Virus record (IMG/VR): IMGVR_UViG_3300022824_000016
Location: 14,588-78,587 of that record
Length of the DNA: 64,000 nt
DNA from: a virus
Lineage: Duplodnaviria; Caudoviricetes
Direction: 5' to 3' (one strand)
Shown: in pieces, positions 37,734-47,893 of the stretch
Position numbering within the stretch: the stretch's first letter is position 1
How the letters are laid out: each line of letters opens with the position of its first letter
Translations under genes and position numbers: made by a program
The notes under the pieces: generated by a model
Seen by the model: the letters and a program-made list of their open reading frames with translations, nothing else
Told to the model about the DNA's origin: nothing
The model's database searches: none

Positions 37734-38914
37734 TGGAATCCAAGGTCGATATTTGGATGCCGCTGGCAATCGGAGATTACCTGGCGGATACATCCCATTT
37801 GGACACGACCCAGCATGGCGCTTATCTGCTGCTGCTGATGCACTATTGGCGCAAAGGCCCGTTGCCCAACGATGCGGAACAGCTCGCCAATATCTGTCGA
37901 CTAAGCGCAGAAGCATGGGCAATTAATTCTCGAACCATTCTGCCTTTTTTCAAGATTGAAGAGGACGGCATGTTGCACCAGAAACGACAAGACGCTGAAA
38001 GAGAAAAAGCCCTTAACCAGAAGCGGCGCGGCGTGGCCGGTGCGCAAGGAAAATGGTGTACGAATGGACAGGAAGAGAAGATGAAGCGGTCGCAACGACT
38101 AGCCGAAGCTCGTAAAAAAGGAACTCACACGGCTGCGGAATGGGAACTCTTGCAGACGTTTTGCAGGCATCAATGTGTTCGTTGCCAGGCATCTGACGGT
38201 GACTTAGTGAAAGATCACATCGTGCCTATTTATCAGGGTGGGTCGGACTCGATTGACAACATTCAGCCCCTATGCCGTAACTGCAACGCGAGCAAGGGTC
38301 CAGAGACCATCGATTACCGTCCAAATGGCTGGCAAAATGCCTGCAAAATGCCTACGGAAATGCCTACAAACGTCTGGACATTACCATTACCGTCACAATT
38401 ACCTTCACCAATACCTTCACCAAAAGAAAAAGAACTGCCGGAAATCGCAAAAAACGCGATTTCCTCGTCGAACGGCAAGCCGTTGGACGACAGTCCGGAT
38501 TTCCAACTTACAAACGATTTTGAATTTGAAGAATCTACCACTCAAACCAACCCCAGGAAAAAAACAAAGCCGGAACTGGACAAGGCCGTACGCGAAGTCT
38601 TCGCCTACTACCTCGACGTGATGAATCTTAATCCTTCCACCTACACCCTGACACCGAAGCGCCGTCAAAAGGGATTCAGTCGGCTTTCAGAAGCGCTGCG
38701 CATTTCTCATGGCGATCTGAACAATGCCGTGGAGTTGATGAAGGGAGCAGTCGACGAGTTGGCAACTTCAGACTGGCACATGGGCCGCGACGAACGCACC
38801 AACGGTAAGCGCTATTGCGATTGGGAAAATCATCTTTTCCGTAATACCGAGCAATTTGAAAAATGGCTTCAGCAGGCGCAGGACGCTGCTGCGAGGGAGG
38901 TCAAACATGTTTGA
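37733..38914 (+). CDS. Replication initiator-like protein: YdaU/DUF1376 domain plus internal HNH
   Basis: WMPLAIGDYLADTSHL...HGAYLLLLMHYW; CVRC...DHIVP..GG....NIQPLCRNCN. Confidence 0.8.
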   Translation: MESKVDIWMPLAIGDYLADTSHLDTTQHGAYLLLLMHYWRKGPLPNDAEQLANICRLSAEAWAINSRTILPFFKIEEDGMLHQKRQDAEREKALNQKRRGVAGAQGKWCTNGQEEKMKRSQRLAEARKKGTHTAAEWELLQTFCRHQCVRCQASDGDLVKDHIVPIYQGGSDSIDNIQPLCRNCNASKGPETIDYRPNGWQNACKMPTEMPTNVWTLPLPSQLPSPIPSPKEKELPEIAKNAISSSNGKPLDDSPDFQLTNDFEFEESTTQTNPRKKTKPELDKAVREVFAYYLDVMNLNPSTYTLTPKRRQKGFSRLSEALRISHGDLNNAVELMKGAVDELATSDWHMGRDERTNGKRYCDWENHLFRNTEQFEKWLQQAQDAAAREVKHV

Positions 38915-39287
38915 AGTTCTTGTCCGAATGAATGCTTTGGAACTGAAACTCTTTCGCAGGGCTTTGGCCAAAGCGGCAGACGATGGATTACTGGAACCAA
39001 CAGTTGCCGTACGGCGGATCTGCGAACTGGATGTATTGCGATGGGAAGCGGAAGAGGCAACGAACCAACCATCTGAATTGCCGTTGAAGCGGAGAGTGGC
39101 ATGAATCGACAAAGACCGGTTTACGTGAGGCGTTATGGACTGAGCAAAGGACAGTCAAAGCATATTTTTTCTAACACCAGATTGCTGGATCAACTTGCTG
39201 CCTGCAAAAGCGAAGAGGCACGGAGATTATTGTTGGGCGTTTCAATAAAGACGAATCACGAAGCTGAGCAGAAAGAGAAAATGGCGC

Positions 39288-41033
39288 ATGTCTGAGTTCA
39301 AACCTACTTTCGATCAGGCTTATGCCTACTATGCCTATCGGCTACCGATGGAGCGGTTGCCAAAGCGGGACAGCGTCAATGCGCATTGCCCATTTCACAA
39401 AGACGAGAATCCGTCGCTGAGTCTGAATCTGGCCAAAGGGATTTGGAACTGCCATTCCTGTAACGCGTCGGGAGGAATGCTGGACTTTGAACGAAAGATG
39501 ATGGCCACGGATGTGGAAACGTCCTGGGCGCAGATATATCGCATCACCGGCATGGAACCTCCCAAAATCACGCACAAGCTGGTGAAGGTCTATGACTACA
39601 CGGACGTGACTGGAAAACTGCTCTACCAGAAGCTGCGCTACGAACCCAAGGATTTCAACCAACGGCAACCGGATGGCAAGGGTGGTTGGTGGTACAACCT
39701 CAACGGCGTGAAAAAGGTGCTTTACCGCTTACCGGAGGTGGTGACATCAAAACTCTGCTTTTGTACTGAAGGCGAAAAAGACTGTGACAATTTGCGCAAT
39801 GCGCTAACTGTAGCCGGCATTAAGGACTTTGCAGTAACGACCACCTTTGACGGCGCAGGACATTGGAAACCGGAGTATGCGCCCTATTTTACAGGGCGGA
39901 TGGTAGTGGTGATTCCCGACAACGATGCCAAAGGCAAAGCACATGCACAAACCATTGCAGCCAGCGTGAAGCCGTTTGCAGAAAGAGTGAAATTGGTTGA
40001 ACTGCCAGGATTGCCAGAAAAGGGCGATGTCTCGGATTGGCTGGAAGAATCTGTTATCGGAGCGGCAGATCAATCTATCAGCGAGATTTTACAGACTCGA
40101 ATCAAAGAGTTGTTTTCCTTAATAAAGGCCACGCCTTTGTGGTTACCAGAACAAAGCGAGCATGTGCTACTCGAAGAGATGCGCGATTTTTTGGATCGAG
40201 CTCCGGAAGAGATTGACTGGCTTGTCGAAGGATTGATTCCGGTGCGGACGCGCGGCTTGATGGTGGCAGACGGCAAAGTCGGGAAATCGCCATTGAGCCT
40301 TGATCTGGCACTGGCGCTGGCATCGGGTTCGTCATGGCTGGGCCACGTAGTGCCCAAACGGCGGCGCGTGGCAGTGATTAGCCGTGAGGATGCGCCACAG
40401 GAGACTGCTCGGCGTCTGAAGTTGCTTTCAGCCGGAACGGCGGCGCGCGCCGAATACAACTGGGGCCAGATCTGGCTAAACACCATGGACCAGAGTCCGC
40501 TGTTTCATTTAGACAACTTCGAACACGTAGACCCGCTAATCAAAGAACTGCAGATGGAGCAGTTCGATCTGGTCATTTTTGATGTGCTACGCAATTTGCA
40601 CTCCGGTGACGAAAACGATAACACGGTGATGGCGGCAGTGATGGCAGCGCTGACGCAAATTCAGGTAGAGGCGCGATGTGGAGTATTGCTGTTACACCAC
40701 ATCAGCAAAGCACAAAGCACAAACGTCTTTCGCGATGCGCGCGGAGCCGGCGCGATTCATGGTTGGACGGAATGGGGCGTGGGATTGACGGTAGTGGACG
40801 AAACAGTACCACGGCGTCAATGGGTGCGCAAGGTGGAATTTGAGCTGAAGTATGCTTGTCCAGCTGATCCGGTGCATTTCATGATTGTGGGCGATGAGAC
40901 AGCGTTGCGCATTGAACTGACTGAATCGGAAGAAAAACCAACTATGACACCACGACGCAGCAAAGTACGAGAGATTGCGAATCGAGATTTTCCGCCACAT
41001 TGGACGGAAAAAACAGAAAGAGAAGAAGCATGA
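39288..41033 (+). CDS. Primase-helicase (CHC2 zinc finger, TOPRIM, RepA/AAA_25 helicase)
   Basis: CPFHKDENPSL...CHSC, EGEKD, PDND..G, Walker A GKVGKS and LLHH. Confidence 0.88.
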   Translation: MSEFKPTFDQAYAYYAYRLPMERLPKRDSVNAHCPFHKDENPSLSLNLAKGIWNCHSCNASGGMLDFERKMMATDVETSWAQIYRITGMEPPKITHKLVKVYDYTDVTGKLLYQKLRYEPKDFNQRQPDGKGGWWYNLNGVKKVLYRLPEVVTSKLCFCTEGEKDCDNLRNALTVAGIKDFAVTTTFDGAGHWKPEYAPYFTGRMVVVIPDNDAKGKAHAQTIAASVKPFAERVKLVELPGLPEKGDVSDWLEESVIGAADQSISEILQTRIKELFSLIKATPLWLPEQSEHVLLEEMRDFLDRAPEEIDWLVEGLIPVRTRGLMVADGKVGKSPLSLDLALALASGSSWLGHVVPKRRRVAVISREDAPQETARRLKLLSAGTAARAEYNWGQIWLNTMDQSPLFHLDNFEHVDPLIKELQMEQFDLVIFDVLRNLHSGDENDNTVMAAVMAALTQIQVEARCGVLLLHHISKAQSTNVFRDARGAGAIHGWTEWGVGLTVVDETVPRRQWVRKVEFELKYACPADPVHFMIVGDETALRIELTESEEKPTMTPRRSKVREIANRDFPPHWTEKTEREEA

Positions 41034-41449
41034 AAGAACTGACAAAGGATGTTTCAGTCGAAGCTGCGGAATTAAACGCAGCGCGGGAACATGTGGCCTA
41101 TTGGCAACGGGAGTTGCGTTTGGATCATCTGGATATTGACGTGGAACTGATGCCTCGTGATGAAGATGGCAATCTGGCGTTGTCACTGATCGCTCCGCTG
41201 CATCACCGGCAACGGTTGCGAATACGGCATCCCGAAAATCGAAAGCCCTCGGAATTGCGCGATATGCGGCAGGATCTGGAAACGGCGATTGTACACGAAT
41301 TGCTGCATACAAAAGAAATTCCCTGGCGCGACCATCCATCGGTGCAGAAAGTGCTGGATGAAGACACATGGTTGAAGCACCTGCATGAGGATTCAATTGA
41401 TGCGATTGCAGAAGCTCTGGTACGGGCACGGCGCGGTGAGCGCAGATAG
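41030..41449 (+). CDS. HExxH zincin-like protein
   Basis: IVHELLH motif. Confidence 0.55.
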   Translation: MKELTKDVSVEAAELNAAREHVAYWQRELRLDHLDIDVELMPRDEDGNLALSLIAPLHHRQRLRIRHPENRKPSELRDMRQDLETAIVHELLHTKEIPWRDHPSVQKVLDEDTWLKHLHEDSIDAIAEALVRARRGERR

Positions 41450-41679
41450 GAAGAAACGATGAGGGGAATCAACATCTTTGCTGGCTTTATTCAATGTTGT
41501 GTGAGGTATCCGATTTGGTTTTTTCTTGTTTACACGGTTCTTACCACGATTCATCCGGACCGCCTGATTTGGTTTCTTTTTTGGGTTTATGTGTCATTGG
41601 GGATACTGACCACGTTGGTTCAAGGAGTGATCGAAGTAATTGAAAAGAACGACACCAAAAAGTAAACGCAGGAGACAGC

Positions 41680-44211
41680 ATGTATCAGATTTTGGAGGGT
41701 GATGTGACTGAACAACTAAAGACGCTGGAGAATGCGTCAGTGGACGCCATTGTCACGGATCCTCCGTATGGATTGGAATTCATGGGCAAAGACTGGGATG
41801 CTCCGTGGAAGACCGATCATAGACAGGGATTTTACGGTACCATGCAGATTTCTGACAGCCCATTTGGACGTAGTAAGGTCCGCACCGGAAATGGCGCAAG
41901 TTACGGTGCGGATGCGCACATCATGCAGGCGCTGCAGGACTGGCATTTCCACTGGGCCAGTGAAGCTCTACGTGTGTTGAAGCCGGGTGGTTATCTACTG
42001 GCTTTTGGTGGCAGTCGTACTTATCACCGCTTGGCTTGCGCTGTTGAGGATGCGGGATTCGAAATCCGTGACCAGATTATGTGGATCTACGGATGCCTTG
42101 ATGAGCAGACTGAACTTGTGGCCGAAAGCGGCGTAAAGCCATACCATAAAGCCAGAATAGGAGAGCGCATATTGTGCTACGATCTTGAGAACGGCAAGTA
42201 TTCTTACCAGCCGATTCTGGAGATTGTCGAGTATGACTACTGCGATACCGCCTATCGTCTTATCGGAGATTTTGGGGAGCAAGTTGTTTCCAGAAACCAT
42301 CGTTGCATTGTTGAACAAAACGGAAAAGAAGTATTCCAAGTTGCCGAAACGCTCGGGACCGAAGCGCGTGTACCCATTCTGGAAGGTTTGCCAGAGTTGC
42401 AGCAAGCCCTTTCCGACCTTCAATCGAACACAAGCGGCGCGAAAGAAATCATGCAGCCCGAAGTGTTCCAAGGCGCTGATTGGGAAAGCGAACAGCAGAG
42501 CGACGCCACTAGAGCAAAGGAAAGGGGAGGTAATTACCTGCGTGGTTTGCCGAGCCAAGAAGTGGGTTCCGTCTGCATGGTTGAAGAAAGTAAAGAAGCC
42601 AACATGCAGCCGCAAGTGCAATGGCGTTCTCAGGGGCGCGGAGTGGAAGAAACATGCGCACGAGGGACGGATGCACTGGACGTCGGAGTCGGAGTCGGCG
42701 ATGAAGGTACGGATGACAGGCGAGAGCAATCCGGGGTGGAAGGGCGGGCTAACCTACCGGAAACGCAAGGGCGCTTATGCGGATCAGTCAATCAAGTACG
42801 TCCGCTGTCCGCTGGAATTCCAGAGCATGGCGCGGAAAGACGGCTATGTTATGGAACATCGACTGGTGGTGGCAAAGGCGATAGGACGGCCATTGTTGCG
42901 AGTGGAAGTGGTTCATCATCGGAACCGTCGTGCGGTGGACAACGAACCGACAAATCTGATGCTGTTTGCCACCAATGCGGATCACAAGGCGTACGAGCAT
43001 GGCGCGGACATCAAACCGTTGTGGTGCGGGTTTTGCCATTCCACTATGTCGGAAAAGTCTGGTGCTTGCATGTGCCGACGGGAGCCTTTGTCGCTGTCCG
43101 TAATGGCGTAGCTTTTCCTACCGGAAATAGCGGTTTTCCAAAGTCGCTGGATGTAAGCAAGGCAATTGACAAAACGGCTGGTGCCGAACGGGTGATTGTT
43201 GGCTCAAAGAAAGATTTGCCGGGATACTCACTGAAGCCAGATAAGGGACGTGGTGTTTATTCCCCAGATGGACGAAGCAGTGAAATAGAGTGTGCAATTA
43301 CAGCACCAGCGACCGACGCTGCAAAGCAGTGGGCTGGCTGGGGTACAGCGTTGAAGCCGGCGCATGAACCAATAGTTGTTGCGCGTAAGCCGTTGATCGG
43401 TACCGTGGCGGCAAATGTTTTGAAGTACGGAACCGGAGCACTGAACATCGATGCGTGCCGCGTGGGTGAGTTTGTCAATACAACTCCAAGTGGTGTGGAC
43501 CGGCGCAATCAAACATTGGCCAATATGGGATATCGGCCCAACGCGTATCAGGTTGGACAATCAGAATTGAGCGGGGCCATTGGCCGCTGGCCTGCCAATG
43601 TAATTCACGATGGCAGCGAAGAAGTGCTTGCAGTTTTTCCTGACGCACCTGGAGCGCTGGGGGTGGTTACCGGCGAGGAACCGAGTTCTCCCACTCAGGA
43701 TATTTACGGAAACTTCAAAAAGCGCGCTACCTCCAATCCGCGCGATGGGGAGCCGAGTGCCCAGCGCCGCTACGCAACCAAAGGCGCAACCAACTTCGCA
43801 GCGTTGCCGGGCGAACGTCGGATCGATTCGGGTTCTGCTGCGCGGTTTTTCTATTGTGCGAAAAGTAGCCGCCAAGAACGCAACACGGGCTGCGAAAATC
43901 TTGGCAAAAAACCACTGCTTTGGTCTTTAGGTACCCAATCGCCGGGAACTTTTCAGGCGAAAGGTACCGACCACAGTGCGCAGAATTTCCATCCGACGGT
44001 CAAACCTATTGCTTTAATGGCTTATCTCTGTCGATTGGTAACGCCGCCGCAAGGGACCGTACTGGATCTGTTTATGGGTTCGGGATCGACGGGCATCGCG
44101 GCATTGCGCGAGAAATTCAATTTTATCGGTATCGAAGTAAACCCGGAATACGTGGAGATTGCGCGGCGGCGCATTGAAGCGGATGCGCCGTTATTCAACA
44201 AGGAGGGGTGA
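41680..44211 (+). CDS. N4/N6 DNA methyltransferase (beta class) with an intein
   Basis: VTDPPY, LKPGG, ALKPAHEPI, GRWPAN, RFFYCAK, HPTVKP and LDLFMGSGST motifs. Confidence 0.92.
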   Translation: MYQILEGDVTEQLKTLENASVDAIVTDPPYGLEFMGKDWDAPWKTDHRQGFYGTMQISDSPFGRSKVRTGNGASYGADAHIMQALQDWHFHWASEALRVLKPGGYLLAFGGSRTYHRLACAVEDAGFEIRDQIMWIYGCLDEQTELVAESGVKPYHKARIGERILCYDLENGKYSYQPILEIVEYDYCDTAYRLIGDFGEQVVSRNHRCIVEQNGKEVFQVAETLGTEARVPILEGLPELQQALSDLQSNTSGAKEIMQPEVFQGADWESEQQSDATRAKERGGNYLRGLPSQEVGSVCMVEESKEANMQPQVQWRSQGRGVEETCARGTDALDVGVGVGDEGTDDRREQSGVEGRANLPETQGRLCGSVNQVRPLSAGIPEHGAERRLCYGTSTGGGKGDRTAIVASGSGSSSEPSCGGQRTDKSDAVCHQCGSQGVRAWRGHQTVVVRVLPFHYVGKVWCLHVPTGAFVAVRNGVAFPTGNSGFPKSLDVSKAIDKTAGAERVIVGSKKDLPGYSLKPDKGRGVYSPDGRSSEIECAITAPATDAAKQWAGWGTALKPAHEPIVVARKPLIGTVAANVLKYGTGALNIDACRVGEFVNTTPSGVDRRNQTLANMGYRPNAYQVGQSELSGAIGRWPANVIHDGSEEVLAVFPDAPGALGVVTGEEPSSPTQDIYGNFKKRATSNPRDGEPSAQRRYATKGATNFAALPGERRIDSGSAARFFYCAKSSRQERNTGCENLGKKPLLWSLGTQSPGTFQAKGTDHSAQNFHPTVKPIALMAYLCRLVTPPQGTVLDLFMGSGSTGIAALREKFNFIGIEVNPEYVEIARRRIEADAPLFNKEG
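42094..43128 (+). mobile_element. Intein (345 aa) in the methyltransferase
   Basis: Starts CLDEQTE (Cys139); block-B-like SRNHR; ends VWCLHVPTGAFVAVRNG...TGN with a +1 Ser. Confidence 0.88.
42185..43111 (+). CDS. HNH homing endonuclease in the +1 frame inside the intein
   Basis: CxxC zinc pairs, GESNPGWKGG, YVMEHRLV..K.IGR.L...EVVHHRN...DN...NL. Confidence 0.8.
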   Translation: MRTASILTSRFWRLSSMTTAIPPIVLSEILGSKLFPETIVALLNKTEKKYSKLPKRSGPKRVYPFWKVCQSCSKPFPTFNRTQAARKKSCSPKCSKALIGKANSRATPLEQRKGEVITCVVCRAKKWVPSAWLKKVKKPTCSRKCNGVLRGAEWKKHAHEGRMHWTSESESAMKVRMTGESNPGWKGGLTYRKRKGAYADQSIKYVRCPLEFQSMARKDGYVMEHRLVVAKAIGRPLLRVEVVHHRNRRAVDNEPTNLMLFATNADHKAYEHGADIKPLWCGFCHSTMSEKSGACMCRREPLSLSVMA

Positions 44212-44250
44212 TGTGTCTGAAACGAGAGATGAAAAGAAAGGAGGATCGAG

Positions 44251-45018
44251 ATGCTGATTGACGATTTGGTAAAACCGGTGAAACAGGAACGAAGCGATCT
44301 GGATGAACGTCTGTTGCAGGCGGATCGAAATATTTCAGAAGCTTGGATAGGGTTGACCAAACGGTCGATGCTGATTGGTTGGGAAGGTGCTTTCATCAAG
44401 CGCTACAACGGGTGGGAGCGCTTGGGCTACATGGATGAAAAGCACTATCGGGCTGACAAAGGCATTGGCCGTTCGACCTGGTACAAGATGGTTGGGCTGG
44501 CAGAACACTTTCCCAATGTGAGCAAAGAACAGTTTCTTGCCATGTCAATCGAAAACGCCGAGCAACTGGCAGTAGTGCCACTGGAAGCACGAGAGAATCC
44601 AGCATTGCTATCGGCAGCGGCCACAAAAACAGCGCGGGAATTTGAGAACGATTTGGTATCTGACACGGCGGAGCGCGAGAACAAGCCGGTGAGCGAAGTC
44701 TTTGTCACCATGAAATGGCGTATCAGGCAGGCGCAGCGCGAAGTGATCGAGCGTGGATTGGAAGACTGGCAGCATGAGCACGGCATCGACGATCCCGGCT
44801 ACGCGTTGGAGTTGATGATTGCTGAGGTGCACGACCGACCGACGCTGGTTGGTTTTATGACCGAATCCATTCCGCGACTGAGTCGAGCAGTAATGGCGGC
44901 TGAAAGCCAGGAGGATCTGGAAGATCTACGCAAGCTGTTTGCCAGGCACATTCAGGAGATGGGTGAAATCCTGAAGATGTGTTGCGGAGAATTTAATGCC
45001 GAGCAAGAAGCGGCTTAA
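44251..45018 (+). CDS. Hypothetical protein
   Basis: 255-aa ORF with a GGAGG RBS. Confidence 0.65.
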   Translation: MLIDDLVKPVKQERSDLDERLLQADRNISEAWIGLTKRSMLIGWEGAFIKRYNGWERLGYMDEKHYRADKGIGRSTWYKMVGLAEHFPNVSKEQFLAMSIENAEQLAVVPLEARENPALLSAAATKTAREFENDLVSDTAERENKPVSEVFVTMKWRIRQAQREVIERGLEDWQHEHGIDDPGYALELMIAEVHDRPTLVGFMTESIPRLSRAVMAAESQEDLEDLRKLFARHIQEMGEILKMCCGEFNAEQEAA

Positions 45019-45436
45019 CGATGTCGCCGTCCTGCATCTCCCACTGCCGGTGGGAACGAATCGAAAGCAATTCCGGTTCGCAGGGACGGATTACGTCCCA
45101 CGGAAGTGAAGTCGACTGACGTGGGTTTGGCTCGGGGAGTCTGGTCCTATAAGCACGCTGGATTCCCCGCTTTTTTAAGGATTTTTGAGATGGTTTTTCC
45201 AGCAAACCCAAATGTTTTACGGTCGACCGGATATCGGTTTTTGGAGCTTGGAACATGTGATGGGTGCAACGCGATCGTGGAATGGTGGCGAACGCCAAAA
45301 AAGCGTCAGATACCGATCAATCCAATGCCTGCGGAAACGTCGCCAGCACAGCCTCATTGGGCGATCTGCCCGGTAGTAATGCGGTGCAAACAAAAAACGG
45401 TTGTGAACAAAAACTGAGGAGGAAAGCGATGCGGAG

Positions 45437-45814
45437 ATGTTGGAAAGGTCGAAACAAAAAAACAATTCTGCAGTCCGAAAACTTAAAGACGGCAGAGAAA
45501 TTTGCAATCTGCTGACCAAAGAAGGACGCGATGAATACATGCGGCGCATCCGCACGATGTGGGAGCGGCAGGGACGGCGGTGCTGTCTGGAAGGCTGGAT
45601 CAAAGAGTGTCCAGGAGCTTTGAAAATCAGCGATGCAACTTTTGAGCACCAGGATGGGCGGGGCATGGACGCCGGGCACCGCGACGACAGGATCGAGAAA
45701 CCCGATCCAAAGACGGGCGAGATGAGGCCCTATAACGGAGCGGCGCACGCATGGTGCAACAGCAGAAAGTTGTCGAAACGGATGGACTACACGAACTTTT
45801 ACGAGGTGCCGTAG
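45437..45814 (+). CDS. HNH-like (NinG/Rap-type) endonuclease
   Basis: RCC...C...TFEH...AAHAWCN pattern. Confidence 0.5.
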   Translation: MLERSKQKNNSAVRKLKDGREICNLLTKEGRDEYMRRIRTMWERQGRRCCLEGWIKECPGALKISDATFEHQDGRGMDAGHRDDRIEKPDPKTGEMRPYNGAAHAWCNSRKLSKRMDYTNFYEVP

Positions 45815-45979
45815 TGACAATGCAAAAAGTTTACACATGCAACATTTGCGGCACTGATCGCAAAAATGCCAACCATTGGTTTGTGGTCGGCACATCACTA
45901 CCGGAAAGGTTTATGGCGCAAAACGCAGAACAACCAACGCAATCAACCTCCCGCTGCGGCGGAGAAATGAGAGAAGACA

Positions 45980-46522
45980 ATGAATCGCAGATTCTTCCTG
46001 AAGACTTCAATTCCAACAGGCGTCATGGTAGCGGGAGCACCTTCTCTGTTAACCATGGAGGGATGTGATTCGGCTACGCTGAAAAGTTATCTTAACACCG
46101 TTTTGGATGCTGCCGAAAAAATTTTAGCATTGAGCAGTTCTACCGAATCCTGGTACACCACTCTGACCAAAGCTATTGCGGCATTGAAGGCTACTGAATC
46201 GAGCTGGAGCGGCAGCACGGCGGTGGCTGCAATAATCAGCGCCCTCGACACACTGGAAGCGGTGTTGGCAGTGATTCCACTGACCTCTGGCTATTCAGTC
46301 CTGATTGATTTGCTGGTATCAGTAATCGACACGATTCTGACTACTTTCGTTTCGGCAACAGCACCAGCGGCGATTCCTAAAGCGATGGCTATGGCTAATG
46401 CGCACCGCGGTCGTATACCGCTGAAGAAGCCACACCTTTTTCAGAGCAAAGTCGGTGCTTTTAAGCAGCAATGGAATGAGCTGGTATCTGCCAACCCCGA
46501 TTTGGCAAAAGCAAAACTGTAA
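45980..46522 (+). CDS. Tat-signal lipoprotein-like protein
   Basis: MNRRFFLK twin-arginine motif; lipobox-like MEGC. Confidence 0.6.
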   Translation: MNRRFFLKTSIPTGVMVAGAPSLLTMEGCDSATLKSYLNTVLDAAEKILALSSSTESWYTTLTKAIAALKATESSWSGSTAVAAIISALDTLEAVLAVIPLTSGYSVLIDLLVSVIDTILTTFVSATAPAAIPKAMAMANAHRGRIPLKKPHLFQSKVGAFKQQWNELVSANPDLAKAKL

Positions 46523-46540
46523 TTTCGATGGGAGCAGAAA

Positions 46541-47278
46541 ATGCATTGTCTGGGCAGAAAGGCAGTAAAAACTGATACGCGCACGCTGCGTTTGGCAAAA
46601 TATCTCACCCCAACCCTTCCCTCTCCGCCACCGGCAGTGGACTGGACAAAGGGAATCACGTCGTTTGGCGAAATGCTCAACAATCAGATTGGAGACTGCA
46701 CGATTGCCGGGTTGGGACATGCAATACAAATATGGAGCGCAAACACCAGCACGGAAGTTACTCTTTCCGACACAATCATCCAAAGCGCCTACGAGGATTG
46801 GTGCGGTTATGATCCAAACGATCCAGATACAGATCAGGGAGGAATCGAACTAGATGTTTTGGCCGATTGGCGCAAAAATGGTCTGGGCGGTCACAAACTT
46901 TTGGCTTTTGCTGATTCCAGCGTGGCGAACCTAACCGAAGTGCGCACCGCCATCGACTTGTTTGGGGGCGTCTATATCGGACTGAATTTGCCGATTTCGG
47001 CGCAAACGCAGGAAGTATGGGATGACATTGATTCAAAAGACGAAAATGACAACCTGGCGGGTTCGTGGGGAGGCCATGCGGTTTTTGTGCCAGCTTACGA
47101 TACCAGCAGTTTTACCTGCATCACCTGGGGCACTCTCAAAAAAATGACAACAGCTTTTTGGTTGACGTATTGCGATGAAGCTCATGCGCTGCTATCGCCG
47201 GACTGGATAGCACAGACTGAGCAACCCGGACGCTTTGATCTGGCGACTTTGCAGACGGATCTGGCTCTTATTCACTAG
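46541..47278 (+). CDS. Papain-like cysteine hydrolase
   Basis: NQIGDCTIAG and SWGGHAV catalytic-like motifs; ITWG. Confidence 0.6.
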   Translation: MHCLGRKAVKTDTRTLRLAKYLTPTLPSPPPAVDWTKGITSFGEMLNNQIGDCTIAGLGHAIQIWSANTSTEVTLSDTIIQSAYEDWCGYDPNDPDTDQGGIELDVLADWRKNGLGGHKLLAFADSSVANLTEVRTAIDLFGGVYIGLNLPISAQTQEVWDDIDSKDENDNLAGSWGGHAVFVPAYDTSSFTCITWGTLKKMTTAFWLTYCDEAHALLSPDWIAQTEQPGRFDLATLQTDLALIH

Positions 47279-47299
47279 GTTTAAGCAATAATATAAACC

Positions 47300-47343
47300 A
47301 AAGTGCGGCGCTTGTCGAGTCAAACGCCGCACTTGTTTTTTTT
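47300..47343 (+). terminator. Rho-independent terminator
   Basis: AAGTGCGGCG/CGCCGCACTT stem followed by T8. Confidence 0.8.
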
Positions 47344-47402
47344 GAGTGGCTAAACGAAACAGGCTTGTTAAAATGACACAGTAAACAAAGAAGGAGGAAA
47401 AA

Positions 47403-47810
47403 ATGCAGTGTCCTATTCACAAGGTTGAAATGGTTTGCCCGGTTTGTGTGGGATCAATGGGAGGCAAACGCGGCGGGAAATCCCGCACGGAAACCAAGCA
47501 GAAGGCTGCGCGGAAGAATATCCAGAAAGCACGTGAAGTGCACATCGAAAAGGCACAACAAAGAAAGGCATTGGTTCTGCCACAGGAAAAAATTGACCGG
47601 AAAACGATTTGGGGTATAGATGATTGCCGCACTTATTTTTCAAGGTATCCCAGAAGAAATGTTAAAGCAAGCGATCTAATTGCCGCTGCTTCCCCCACAA
47701 AAAAAGCCAGTGCCCGCCTCTATGCAAGACAACGGCTACACATGCTGGCACAACGCGGCGAGATTGTACAGATCAGCCGAGGGATCTATCACAAGGCTGA
47801 AACGCACTAA
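47403..47810 (+). CDS. Small basic DNA-binding-like protein
   Basis: CPxH/CPxC, GGKRGGK segment and a C-terminal wHTH-like end. Confidence 0.5.
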   Translation: MQCPIHKVEMVCPVCVGSMGGKRGGKSRTETKQKAARKNIQKAREVHIEKAQQRKALVLPQEKIDRKTIWGIDDCRTYFSRYPRRNVKASDLIAAASPTKKASARLYARQRLHMLAQRGEIVQISRGIYHKAETH

Positions 47811-47893
47811 AAGCAAAAAAATTACGATGCGCGCAAATTTTTGTGGACAAATGGCTCCTTTTCTCTTAAATTGGTGGCCAAGTCGAATCCTTT

